Positions 54,380 through 64,000 of a DNA stretch of 64,000 nt are shown piece by piece. A program made the position numbers and the translations under genes. The notes under the pieces were generated by a model. The model ran no database searches and was not told the origin of the DNA. It worked only from the letters and a program-made list of their open reading frames with translations. Source of the DNA: an uncultured Armatimonadia bacterium (lineage in GTDB: Bacteria; Armatimonadota; Zipacnadia; CAVVLO01). Location of the stretch: NCBI GenBank assembly GCA_963749155.1, contig CAVVLO010000003.1, positions 576,001-640,000 on the forward strand. Direction: 5' to 3'. Every line of letters begins with the position of its first letter. Positions within the stretch are counted from its first letter, which is position 1.

Positions 54380-57107
54380 ATGGTGAAGGCTGCCTGGCTC
54401 ATGTATTGCGCAATACTGGGCCTTGCTTTGCTGGTCCAGTTCGCCTGGGCAATGACGCCAAGGCCCTTTATCTATGGGTGTGGCCTCGTGTGGGGCAACT
54501 GGCTCGGGCTGCCGCCGGAGGAGGCCAAAGCTTTTGATAGAGTCCAGATGGACGCCATCAAGGCCGCCGGCGGCACCAACGTGGGCGCGAACTTCGCGTG
54601 GATTGACATCGAGCCACGCCCGGGCGAGTTCCACTGGGATTATGTAGATCACCAAGTCGCCGAAGCGGGCAAGCGCGGGCTGGAGGTCTTCGCCTACACA
54701 GGGCTGACGCCTGACTGGGCCTTGCCGCCCGAGGCGCCCCAGGTGCCAGGTATCGGGTATCGCTTTCCACCAGATGAAAAGTATATCGCCCAGTTTGAGG
54801 CCTTCTTCACCCAGCTTGCTAAGCGTTACAGAGGCAAGGTCAAGTATTACGAGTTCTGGAACGAGCCCAATGGCTGCAGCTGGATCAAGGAGGGCTGCTC
54901 CAACGGCGATATGGCAGCGACCTATGCGCCGTGGCTTATCCGCTGGTACCGCGCGATGAAAGCCGGCGACCCTGACTCTGTGCTGGCCGTAGGCGGGCTG
55001 GACTACCACGCGGGCGTGAAGGAAGGCTGGCGCTGGCTGGAGGACCTGTACGCAGCAGGCGCAGGCAACTCTTTCGATGCGGTGGCCCTCCATCCCTATG
55101 GTGAACCACTTCACTGGCAGGCAATTGAGGACACTTACGCGGTGCTTGTGCGCCACGGGCAGGGACACAAGAAGCTCTGGCTGAACGAGTATGGCTGGAA
55201 CACCCGCGATGAGGCACTAAAGGCCGCTAACCTCACCGAGGTGCTGACCGAACTTGCAAAGCCAAAATACCACTACGTCTTCCAGGCCAACTATCTGGTG
55301 CTGACCGACCTGCCGGACGCAAACGATGCGACCGGCCACGACTATGGCCTTTGCTCGCGCGACCGCAAGGCGCTGACGGTGACGCCGAGGGCAAGCTACG
55401 AGGCCTTCTGCGCGCTGCCCAAACACTGGAGCCGCGAGGATCTTGTGCGCTGGGAAGCCGCGCAGCAACCCCTTCCCCCACCTGAGAAGGCCGAAGTGCC
55501 GGACGGCTTTATGCTGACGCTGACGGCGCCCGGCTGCGAGCCTGGCAGCAACTGCGACGATGTCGGCCCGCCGTGGAAACTGCGCGATGAGGCTTTCGCC
55601 CTCACCGGCGCCAATGTCGGCCACTGCGGGCTTTCCTGGGCGGATACTGAGCTGGTTGATCCAGGCGAGGGGCCTTCGACCTATGACTTCTCGAAGGCGA
55701 AGCTGTCCGACCGCGCTAAGGGGAAGCAACACCTGAGTTGCGAGCTCCACTTTTTCGGCAACCCCTGGGCGGAGCAGTTCCGCTTCAGTGACCGGGAGCG
55801 CTACAACAGGCTGCTTGAGCGCTGGGCCGAGGCCGCCTGCCGCTTTGCGCGCGAGGAGTGGGGCGTTACGCTCTTCTCGACGGGCGGCAATGAGCGCGAT
55901 CTGGTGGCGCAAGAGACCTACAGCCCCCACTTCCCCGACTGGCACTTCTTCTATATCGAGCCAATCCAGGCTATCCACGCGGGGATGAAGGCGGCCGGGG
56001 CCGACAACCGGCTCATCATCGGCAACCTTTGTTACTCCGACCGGGAACATATCGGCGCCCTCTATGCAGCGGGAGCAAAGGGCAACTTCGAGGTGCTGGC
56101 CATCCACGCCTACGGGCCACGCGGTTGCTATGTCGATATGGAACAGGTGCTGGAGAGCCATCAGGAACTGGCTGCCCACGGCGATGGAGATATCTCTATC
56201 ATATTGGTCGAGGGCTGGAGCTGCTTCCCGCTGCCGGACAGCATCGACAGAGACCCCATCTGGCGCAAGGGTGGGCGCGCCTATACCCCGCAGGAAGTGG
56301 AACACTATCGGCAGACTGTGCTGGATGGCTGGCGCAATCTCACCACCCCGCGCCCGGGCGAATACGACCCCGCCTGGGTGACGGGCGCGAGCTATTTCGT
56401 GCTGAACGACCACTGGGGCGGCCGCGGCTGGGAGCAGCGCGCCACGCCCAAATACGATGAGGCAGGCAAGCTGACAGGCTTCCTGCTGGATGGCTATTTC
56501 ATCGGCACCAGCGACCCCGACTACATCAAACCGTTGCTGCGCCCCTGGGGACTGATTGATGTCGAAGGGAAGCCAAAGGGCGACACCCTCAAGGCCTTCC
56601 CGCCCGCGCTGCCAAAAGTAGAGCTGACCGCCATACTGGAGGACAGCCTCAAGCTGGTCGGTTACAATCCGCGTTTCGCCGACTGGATGGCTCCCTCGGT
56701 AAAGCCTGGCAAAGCTTATCGTGTCGCTGTTACACTGACCAATCACGAGGCAGAAGCGCTCTCTCAGGTGGCCTTCCGCCTGGGGGACAAGCAGGGGACG
56801 GACTTCCCCGGTGGGTATAGCTTCGTCTACCAGGACGGCATCCTGACCGTGCTCGAGCAGCCAGGCGCCGACCCACTGGTCAGCGCGAAGCTGCTCACTA
56901 CGCGAGTTCCGCGCACGGTGCAGCCGGGGCAGACCCTCAGGCTGGAATACGAAGATCACCTTCTCGCCCAGGCTCGCGCAGCCGACCGACCGCGGCTGGC
57001 TACAACGGGTGCGGCCCTACGCGGAAGTCTGGTTCGTCCTGGGTGGCCGCCCCTGGCATACCGACGCCTGGCTACCGCGCGTGACCGCAGTGCCTCCGGC
57101 GAAGTGA
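54380..57107 (+). CDS. Secreted protein with two tandem clan GH-A (GH39/GH5-like) catalytic domains; frameshift near 56955
   Basis: WIDIEPRPG, FWNEPN, ALHPY, WLNEYGW; second domain GGNERD, AIHAY, LVEGWS. Confidence 0.72.
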
Positions 57108-57114
57108 GGTAGAA

Positions 57115-57865
57115 ATGGACCAGGACAAGCTTGAACAGCTCGCAGAATTGTTCAGAGAGTGCCCCGAGGCGCCCGTCCTTACTGGAGCGGGCATCTCGAC
57201 CGAGAGCGGCATCCCGGATTTTCGTAGTCCAGGCGGGTTGTATTCCCAGATTGACCCGATGGAATACCTCTCGACCGACGCGTTATACGGCCATCCAAAA
57301 CGCTTCTGGAAATACTTCGGCGAGGTATTCGCGCCCGTCCTCGAATGTACTCCGAACGCAGGCCATATCGCCCTGGCAAGGCTCGAGGAAGCCGGCCTGG
57401 TTGGCCTTATCGCAACGCAGAACATCGACGGCCTGCATCAGAAAGCCGGCTCGCGCTATGTGCTTGAGCTGCACGGTCATCTGCGCACCTGCCGGTGCGA
57501 GCACTGTTCGACTTCCCATACGCTGAAGGGAGTGCCTGGCCCAACTGGAGAGACGTCCTGAGCCGCTGTGCAAAGCCTGCGCAAAGCCCGTCAGGCCCGA
57601 TGTGGTGCTGTTCGGCGATATGCTGCCCAATGACTTTGGCAAGGCCCTCTACCTGGCCAAGCAGCATCCCTTCCTGCTGGTGGTCGGTAGTAGCCTGACG
57701 GTTTCTCCCGCAAACACACTGGCCTTCGAAGCGCGCCGGCTGGTAATCATCAACCGCGACGAGACACTCGCCGACGACCGCGCCGAACTGGTGTTCCATG
57801 GCTCTGCTGGCGCCCTTCTGACCGCCCTGGCCGATCTGCTGTTAGGAGAGGAGAAACCCGAATGA
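57115..57865 (+). CDS. cobB: NAD-dependent protein deacylase, Sir2 family; frameshift(s) at 57525-57575
   Basis: TGAGISTESGIPDFRSPGG, PNAGH, TQNIDGLHQKAG, ELHG, RPDVVLFGD, VGSSL.VSPA. Confidence 0.88.
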
Positions 57866-60672
57866 GGCCACTAGTCTTCACTATACTTTTTCTACTTGCT
57901 CTGGAGGTGGCCGTAATGGCTGCAGAGGCCGAGTGGCTAGTTCCCAGAAATCCCGCACCAGGGCTTGTGACCTTCGAGCGCAGCTTCGACTTGCCAGCTT
58001 CGGACCAGGTGCTGCTTCGACTGGCGGCGCTGGACAATTATCGTGCCTTCCTGAATGGCGCACCGCTGGCCGCCGATGACACGCCGCAGTATTCCGAGAC
58101 CTTCGATGTGACAAAGCTGGTGAAGGAAGACGGAAACCATCTGCGCATCGAGGCCTTTCGTGATGTAAAACCCGACAGGAACAGTTGGCTCAACCTCTAT
58201 GTGGGGCTGGAAACGCCCTTCAGCGGTACGAAGCTCACCTTCACCACGCGTGGCGCCTTATATAACGAATGGCTGTATCTCGAGGTCGAAGACGACACGG
58301 GCAATACGTCCGGTTATTTCGCACAGGAATCCGGTCACGGCGATTTCATCCTTGGAAACTCGGGCGAGGCCATTAAGCACGAGGTGGACCTGACCGATGG
58401 CAGTGTCATCGAGTTGACCCGCAAAGGGCAGGTGGATTTTGCGCGCATCAAACGCATCACCTTCAGGGTAGACCAGAAAGACGCCTGGGCTTATCCCTCC
58501 GGCGCTTTTGAGGTAGGCGATATCTGGCTCGAAGGGCCTGATGGCAAGCTGGAAGTTGCGCCCATCAACCGCTGGCAACTGGTGGAGGGGCATGGGGAAA
58601 TCGGCGGCAAAACGCTAGGCTATACAGAGGGAGGCTTTGTAAGGGCGACGTGGAGCTTTGGCTCACCTGCGGCTCTCGCGGCGCGGCTGGTTGCGTTTTC
58701 GGAGGGGAAGCCAGTTGCCGAAATCGTGACCGACTCCGACTGGCTCGTAAACGGTCTGGCGCCCGCGACTCGTCCTGAACCAAAAAACGTAATCAACTGG
58801 ATTGATATGCGCGCGCCAAAGCAGGACAGTCGCCTCGCGCGCCCCGCCCAGGCGCTTGCGCGTGTGTTGCTCGATTTCGAAGGCGACCGCCTGGAGGTAG
58901 GCAAGCCAGTCACCGGGCAGGTACGCGTTTGGAGCTTTGGAGAGGCCCAGACTGCCCTTTTGCGCGCCCTAAACTGGCAGGATGAGGTCGTGGCAGAGCA
59001 GCAGGTGCCTCTTGCCCCGGAGGGCGAGTTTGCCTCCGGCCCCTTCCGGCTGGAAGGGCTACCAATTGGCCTCTACAGGCTGGAGGCAGAGGTTGAGGGA
59101 AGCGACCAGCCGCAGCGTTTTACCGCGCTGGGCGTGCTTCCGGAGGGCGAAACCAGGCTTTCTGCCCTCTTCAACACCCTTTCGCCGTTGCCTGACAGAC
59201 CAGGTCGCCAGGGCTTGAACAGCACCTATGAAGACCATGCGGCCCTCTTGCTTGCCATCAAGCAACTTGGGGTGGATTGCGTGGTGATGCATATCCATCC
59301 GGAGTTCTTCGCCAGCCCTGAGTTCCCTGACCTGCTGGCTTTCTGCGAGGCGACGGGGCTGCATTTCGCCCTAAACAATGAGTTCGCCAACTGGGCGCCT
59401 GCGCCGCAAACCTGGAAGGAGGGCGAACCAAATCCTCTTTCGGCGGAGGGAGGCTGCCATCGGTGGGACTTGCCTGCTGAGGCGCTGGAGCAGTGCGCAG
59501 CGACGGGCCTCTTCGATGGAGTCGTTTACGATGAAGGCGAGCATATGCAGCTCTGCCGCAACTACTATTCGCGTCTTGCTGACCCCGTCCACCGCAAGCC
59601 CTATCTGGTTGAGACGACCGGGATGACCCTTCAAGAGGCCTACGAGGCCTTCTGGATGGCCGCCGAGGGCGTGCGTGAATACAATGAGGCGCACGGGGCG
59701 CGGATGCTGGTCGAGAGCGTCTTCCCCGTCCTCTGGCACCCCCTTGCGCGCGCGGGCGTAACCCTCTGCCCGAAGCTACTGAAGGAGGATATCCATCCTG
59801 TTGTGCTTGCCCAGGCGCTTGGCGCCGCCCTGGAGTATGACGCGGAGCTCTGGTTCAGCCCGGACTTCTGGTTCTGGGATCGGCAGCCCGGCCATACGCC
59901 AGAAGAGTATGAGAGAGCCCTCCAGATGGCCTGGAAGGCTGGCGTTGATGACGTCTACACCGAGCATCAGATGGTACTTGCGCGGCTTTCCAATCCCTTT
60001 GGCGATATAACCCCCTGGGGAGAAGTGCTTCAGGAGCATATCAAAGCTCTCCCGGAGCCCTCTACGCGCGGCTATACCTACAAAGATTTTGAACCTGAAG
60101 TGGCAATCGTGCGCTTTCCAGACAGCGATTGGGGCCAGGCAGCCTCGTCCTACTGGAATACCCTCTATGGCGCGGAGAACCTCCAATCCACGCCAAATAC
60201 ACGCGAGTGGCTCAAGGTATGGAATCTGCTCTCGGGCGGAGCCATAAACGCCCAGTGCGTGAATTACAACTCGCCTCTTTATAAGGAATGGTATTCCCAT
60301 TTCCCAAGCCCTTCGGTGGCCATCTACGACCATCTGGTTGGATATGCGCCTCTGAAGAGCGCCAAATGGCTTTTCGTGTGCGGAGAAGGCCCTCTTTCGG
60401 CTGAAACGCTACGCGCCCTTGACCAGAAGGTAACCGAAGGGGCCATCTGTTTCATCCCCCACAGGCTTATACCAGAGGTCTTCTTGCAGCATGCCCCCGA
60501 GGTACCTGGTCGCGCGCAGGATGGCAAGGGCTGGTGGGTGCTGCTGGATGGCTATGAAGACGAACAATTGGCGCCCTATCGCGATTTATTGCCTCCGGTG
60601 CCGGATGGGATGCAACTGCATTTCAAAGGAGGGGTGGAGGTTGAATTCACTGAAGGTATGGCTCCTCGTTAG
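57862..60672 (+). CDS. Large secreted hypothetical protein (rhamnosidase-N-like beta domain with CBM-like insert, TIM-barrel-like core)
   Basis: Signal peptide; ALDNYRAFLNG..FDVTKLVKEDGNHL; GVVYDEGEH; 936-aa intact ORF. Confidence 0.65.
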   Translation: MRPLVFTILFLLALEVAVMAAEAEWLVPRNPAPGLVTFERSFDLPASDQVLLRLAALDNYRAFLNGAPLAADDTPQYSETFDVTKLVKEDGNHLRIEAFRDVKPDRNSWLNLYVGLETPFSGTKLTFTTRGALYNEWLYLEVEDDTGNTSGYFAQESGHGDFILGNSGEAIKHEVDLTDGSVIELTRKGQVDFARIKRITFRVDQKDAWAYPSGAFEVGDIWLEGPDGKLEVAPINRWQLVEGHGEIGGKTLGYTEGGFVRATWSFGSPAALAARLVAFSEGKPVAEIVTDSDWLVNGLAPATRPEPKNVINWIDMRAPKQDSRLARPAQALARVLLDFEGDRLEVGKPVTGQVRVWSFGEAQTALLRALNWQDEVVAEQQVPLAPEGEFASGPFRLEGLPIGLYRLEAEVEGSDQPQRFTALGVLPEGETRLSALFNTLSPLPDRPGRQGLNSTYEDHAALLLAIKQLGVDCVVMHIHPEFFASPEFPDLLAFCEATGLHFALNNEFANWAPAPQTWKEGEPNPLSAEGGCHRWDLPAEALEQCAATGLFDGVVYDEGEHMQLCRNYYSRLADPVHRKPYLVETTGMTLQEAYEAFWMAAEGVREYNEAHGARMLVESVFPVLWHPLARAGVTLCPKLLKEDIHPVVLAQALGAALEYDAELWFSPDFWFWDRQPGHTPEEYERALQMAWKAGVDDVYTEHQMVLARLSNPFGDITPWGEVLQEHIKALPEPSTRGYTYKDFEPEVAIVRFPDSDWGQAASSYWNTLYGAENLQSTPNTREWLKVWNLLSGGAINAQCVNYNSPLYKEWYSHFPSPSVAIYDHLVGYAPLKSAKWLFVCGEGPLSAETLRALDQKVTEGAICFIPHRLIPEVFLQHAPEVPGRAQDGKGWWVLLDGYEDEQLAPYRDLLPPVPDGMQLHFKGGVEVEFTEGMAPR

Positions 60673-62595
60673 CCTGCTGCTTATGCTGATGGCCTCTCTG
60701 GCAAGTGCGCAAACGCCGGAATGGCCACCTTATCGAGCCACTATGTGGGTGGCAGAGGTACCGGAAGACGCCCCGCTCTTCTTTGAGAGGGTAAGAGAGG
60801 CAGGCTGTAATGCTTGCAGCCTCTTCGTGGGGATGGATCCGCAGCCTTTTGTGGACGCCGAGATGCCCTTTTACGTCGAGAACCTCATCCGGGGCCTGTA
60901 TATCGACAGCAACTCCCCCGCCTGGAAGGAGCCCTGGGACGCCTACTGGGAGCAGCGCGACCCCGCAGTGCTTATTCGCAAGCCCTGCTTCACCGATCCT
61001 GACTGGTATGCCGAGGAATTGCGAAATCGAGTCGAAGACTTTGTGCCTCGTTATGCGCCCTATGCGCCCTTCGCCTGGGACTTGCGCGATGAGCCTTCCT
61101 CCACCACCTTCGTCAACCCTCTCGACCTATGCTTCTCGCCTACCTGTATGGTGGCCTTCCGCAACTGGCTGAAGGCTCGGTATGGCGATTTGACAACGCT
61201 TAACAGCATCTGGGAGACCAGCTTCTCAGCCTGGGAGGAGGTTTTGCCTTTCACTGCCGATGAAGCCCAGGCAAGAGATAAGGCCGGTCACCTGAACTTC
61301 GCGCCCTGGGCTGACCATCTGGAGTTCCGTGACACCCTCTTTGCAGACACCATCCGGCGTTTTGCGGAAGAGGTACGCAAAAGAGCTCCGGGAGGCGCTG
61401 GTAGGGCTTGAAGGGCTTCAGATGCCTGCGGCCTATGGGGGTTATGATTACACGAAGCTGCTGGCGCCTCTCGACTGGGCAGAACCTTATGATATCGGCA
61501 ACGCCAGGGCAATCGTGCGCAGCTTTGCGCCTGAGGCGGTGGTGCTTTCTACCCTCTTCGAGACGGACCCCAAAGCCGTGGGCGCTACCCTCTGGCCCCT
61601 CTTGCTGGAGGGGAACAAGGGCTGCATCGTCTGGTGGAGCAAATCGGCCATCGACACCTCGAAGGAGGGCTATCCTCTGACCGAGTCAGGGCAAGCTTAC
61701 AAGGCCTTCTTCGAGGTCGCCACAGGGCCGCTGGGCGACAGGCTGATTGCCGCCAGGCGCGCCACTGACCCTATCGCAGTGCGGTATAGCCAGGCGGATA
61801 TCCGGGCCTGGTGGCTGATGGATTCTCGTGCCGATGGCGCTACCTGGATGCGTCGTTTCGGCAGTTATGAGAGGGAGCACAGCACCAGTGCCGATGGCCG
61901 CAATATGGCAGTCCGGTTGTTGGAGGATGCAGGATTCTCAGGCTTCCGCTTCGTTGCTGACAGCGCCATCACTGAAGGCGAACTGGTTGCAGAGGGCTAT
62001 CGAGTGCTGATGCTTGTAGCGCCTCAGGCAATGGGAGCCAAAGAGGCTGCTGCGCTCGAGGAGTTTCTTTCCGAAGGGGGCAGCATCTTTTGCATCGGCG
62101 ACTTGCCCTCTTTCGACGAAAGGCTAAGAGGCCTTCCGGAGTCGCCTCTTGAAGAGGTTGCAAGCCATCCGCATTTCATCAGACTGGACGTGGCCGAGTG
62201 GTGGGCTTACCCCCTGCTGCGCCTCACACCGCCCGAAGGCCAGGCGATGCTTCAACGTTTTACCGAGTTGCTTGCCCAGGCAGGATGTGAACCAGCCGTC
62301 TCACTCTCTCTTCCGGAAGGCGATTTACCTCCCGGCGTCGAAGTGCTGGCGGCTCGAAGAAGAGGGCGCCACAATCGTTGCCCTTATGCGCAACCGGGAG
62401 GCCCAGGTGACCGAGGCGATGAAGCAACTTGGCGGCAACACGGCACTGGAGCTGCCCCTGACCGTGCGCGTCTCCCTCCCTGAGGGTAGTAGGGTGCGCG
62501 AACTGATTACGCAGAAGAGCCTTCCCAGTCAGTGCGAAGTGGAGGTCTCGGCCTTCGAGCCTGTGCTGCTGGAGGTCACGCCGCCTTTGCCTTAG
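60641..62595 (+). CDS. Secreted GH42-like protein; frameshifts near 61390 and 62350
   Basis: GGAGG SD and TTG start at 60641; signal peptide; PCFTDP, LRDEPS, CFSPTC..AFRNWLKARYG.L..LNSIW.T.F..W. Confidence 0.68.
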
Positions 62596-62655
62596 GCAGG
62601 ACTGGCCCCTAGCCAGGCGAACAGGAGGGCAACGTGGCTTGCCCAGGAGGCCCTT

Positions 62656-64000
62656 GTGAGACTAGTGATAACGTTGGTTTGCATTCTGTTTACGCTGCCT
62701 TGCTTCGCAAATCCCCTTTGCGATTGCTCGCGCCCTGGCCCAGCTTTCGACAAACCCTTTGACTGGCTGGTAGCCTCTCCCTGGGAAGAAGCCCTGCGGG
62801 CCAGGCCGGCTGAGGTAGTGCCGCTCCCCACTCGTGACTGGGCCTCGCTGTGGCCAGAGCAACCTGTCCGTGAATACGGCCAAACCAATCTGGAGTATGT
62901 CCGGATGCCCATCGGTGGCATCGGCACAGGCACGCTTTGGCTTGATGGGCAGGGCAGGCTGGCGGTTTCACAGATTGCAAATAACCTCGATGAGCGACGA
63001 CTGGACGGCAGTTTCTTCGCCATCCGCACACAGCAGCAGGGCGAGGAGCCACTTACACGACTGCTCCAGACCGTTCCCGAATTTGGCCTGACGCCGATGG
63101 TGAGTGCCCTCTTTGAGGGAGGCTACCCAATTGGCGGTTTACACTTCCGAGACGATTCTTTTCCCGTCCGGGTTGACCTCGAGGGCTGGAATCCCTTTCT
63201 GCCCACTGATGCCGCGACCAGCTCGCTGCCCTGCGCGGTTTTTAGATTCACTTTGAAGAACACCACCAACCGCCCAGTACGGGCCCAACTACTGGGGAGC
63301 CTGGCTAAGGTTGCCAGCGGAAGTGATACCGGCGGTACAGTTGCTCAGCAAATCCGCGGCAAAGATTACTGCGGCCTCCTGATGGGGCAACCTGACCGAG
63401 CTATCCAGCCTGGCCGGCTGCGCCTCGTGAAGCCCTGCGGGACACCGATGCAGGCTGGCGAGTTGCTGTGGCTTGATGCAACAGGTTTGAACACCCTCGA
63501 GGAGTTGGTAGCCAGTGATCCAGTGACCGTTGCCAGGCTCACCAAATTGCGCGCCAGCGGAGGGACCTTGCTGCTATCTGGCGTCAGTCACGACCTGACC
63601 AGAGACGCTCAGAGCCTGTGGAATCAGGTCACCCAGGCGGGCAAGGTTGAGATTTTTGAGGATTTTGAAAGCGATGACTTCGGCGACTGGAAGCTCGAAA
63701 GTGGGCCCTTCGGAGGCAGACCGAGCCACGGTACCGAGGCTTCACAGCAGACCGTGTCAGGATTCCTCGGTGGCGGATTGCTCAACACGTATATCACCTA
63801 TGACGAGCCTCAGGGCGCGCTCACTTCGCCGGAATTCACGCTTACGCGGCCCTACGTTGGCCTGCTGGTCGGCGGCGGCGCTTACGCAGGCAAGACTTGC
63901 GTAAATCTGCTGGTGGACGAGAAAGTCGTCCTCTCGGCCACTGGCAACAACACTGAGCAGCTTCGCCCGGTGATCTGGGACGTCTCCGCCTGGCAGGGAA
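62656..64000 (+). CDS. Secreted GH116-like protein with an inserted lectin/beta-sandwich domain, partial (runs off window end)
   Basis: AGGAGG SD and GTG; manual translation shows MPIGGIGTGTLWLDGQGRL, GGYPIG, WNPFLPTDAATSSLP, then FEDFE..W..GPFG..LTSPEF..LVGGG. Confidence 0.72.
   Translation, partial: MRLVITLVCILFTLPCFANPLCDCSRPGPAFDKPFDWLVASPWEEALRARPAEVVPLPTRDWASLWPEQPVREYGQTNLEYVRMPIGGIGTGTLWLDGQGRLAVSQIANNLDERRLDGSFFAIRTQQQGEEPLTRLLQTVPEFGLTPMVSALFEGGYPIGGLHFRDDSFPVRVDLEGWNPFLPTDAATSSLPCAVFRFTLKNTTNRPVRAQLLGSLAKVASGSDTGGTVAQQIRGKDYCGLLMGQPDRAIQPGRLRLVKPCGTPMQAGELLWLDATGLNTLEELVASDPVTVARLTKLRASGGTLLLSGVSHDLTRDAQSLWNQVTQAGKVEIFEDFESDDFGDWKLESGPFGGRPSHGTEASQQTVSGFLGGGLLNTYITYDEPQGALTSPEFTLTRPYVGLLVGGGAYAGKTCVNLLVDEKVVLSATGNNTEQLRPVIWDVSAWQG

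Noticed and set aside
57115..57865. Sir2 as an anti-phage defence sirtuin
   Set aside because: Stand-alone canonical CobB-type motifs with a Zn ribbon; no fused or adjacent defence partners

Overview
GC-rich bacterial window dominated by carbohydrate catabolism. It encodes GH51, GH42-like, two GH106-like, GH30, DUF4091/GH123-like, tandem GH39/GH5-like, GH116-like and six-hairpin glycosidase-like proteins, plus many large secreted hypotheticals. Also present are three UroD/MtaA-family proteins, an Fe-S aldo/keto reductase, two tandem glycyl radical enzymes with one activase, a PIG-L deacetylase/NagB-like pair, a Cys-less AsnB-like ligase, transketolase and a Sir2/CobB deacylase. About 16 genes, including tkt, are broken by small indels, which is most simply explained by long-read assembly error. 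No rRNA, tRNA, CRISPR array, transposase or integrase was recognised. The most unusual structure is a dispersed accessory system in three parts. (i) A more AT-rich two-gene unit (22255-25078) encodes a secreted FlgD-Ig plus His/Cys clan-CD-peptidase-like protein, whose signal peptide is interrupted by a G17 tract, coupled to a membrane-anchored PepSY-like partner. (ii) Three further orphan PepSY-like membrane-anchored genes occur downstream. (iii) Two of those sit as cassettes in a 2.5-kb integrase-less element (33880-36440) flanked by 49-bp direct repeats of the nagB-like 3' end and punctuated by a conserved 107-bp intergenic repeat. A protease/inhibitor (toxin/immunity-like) interpretation is inference only. 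All domain calls come from motif recognition by eye, not from database searches.
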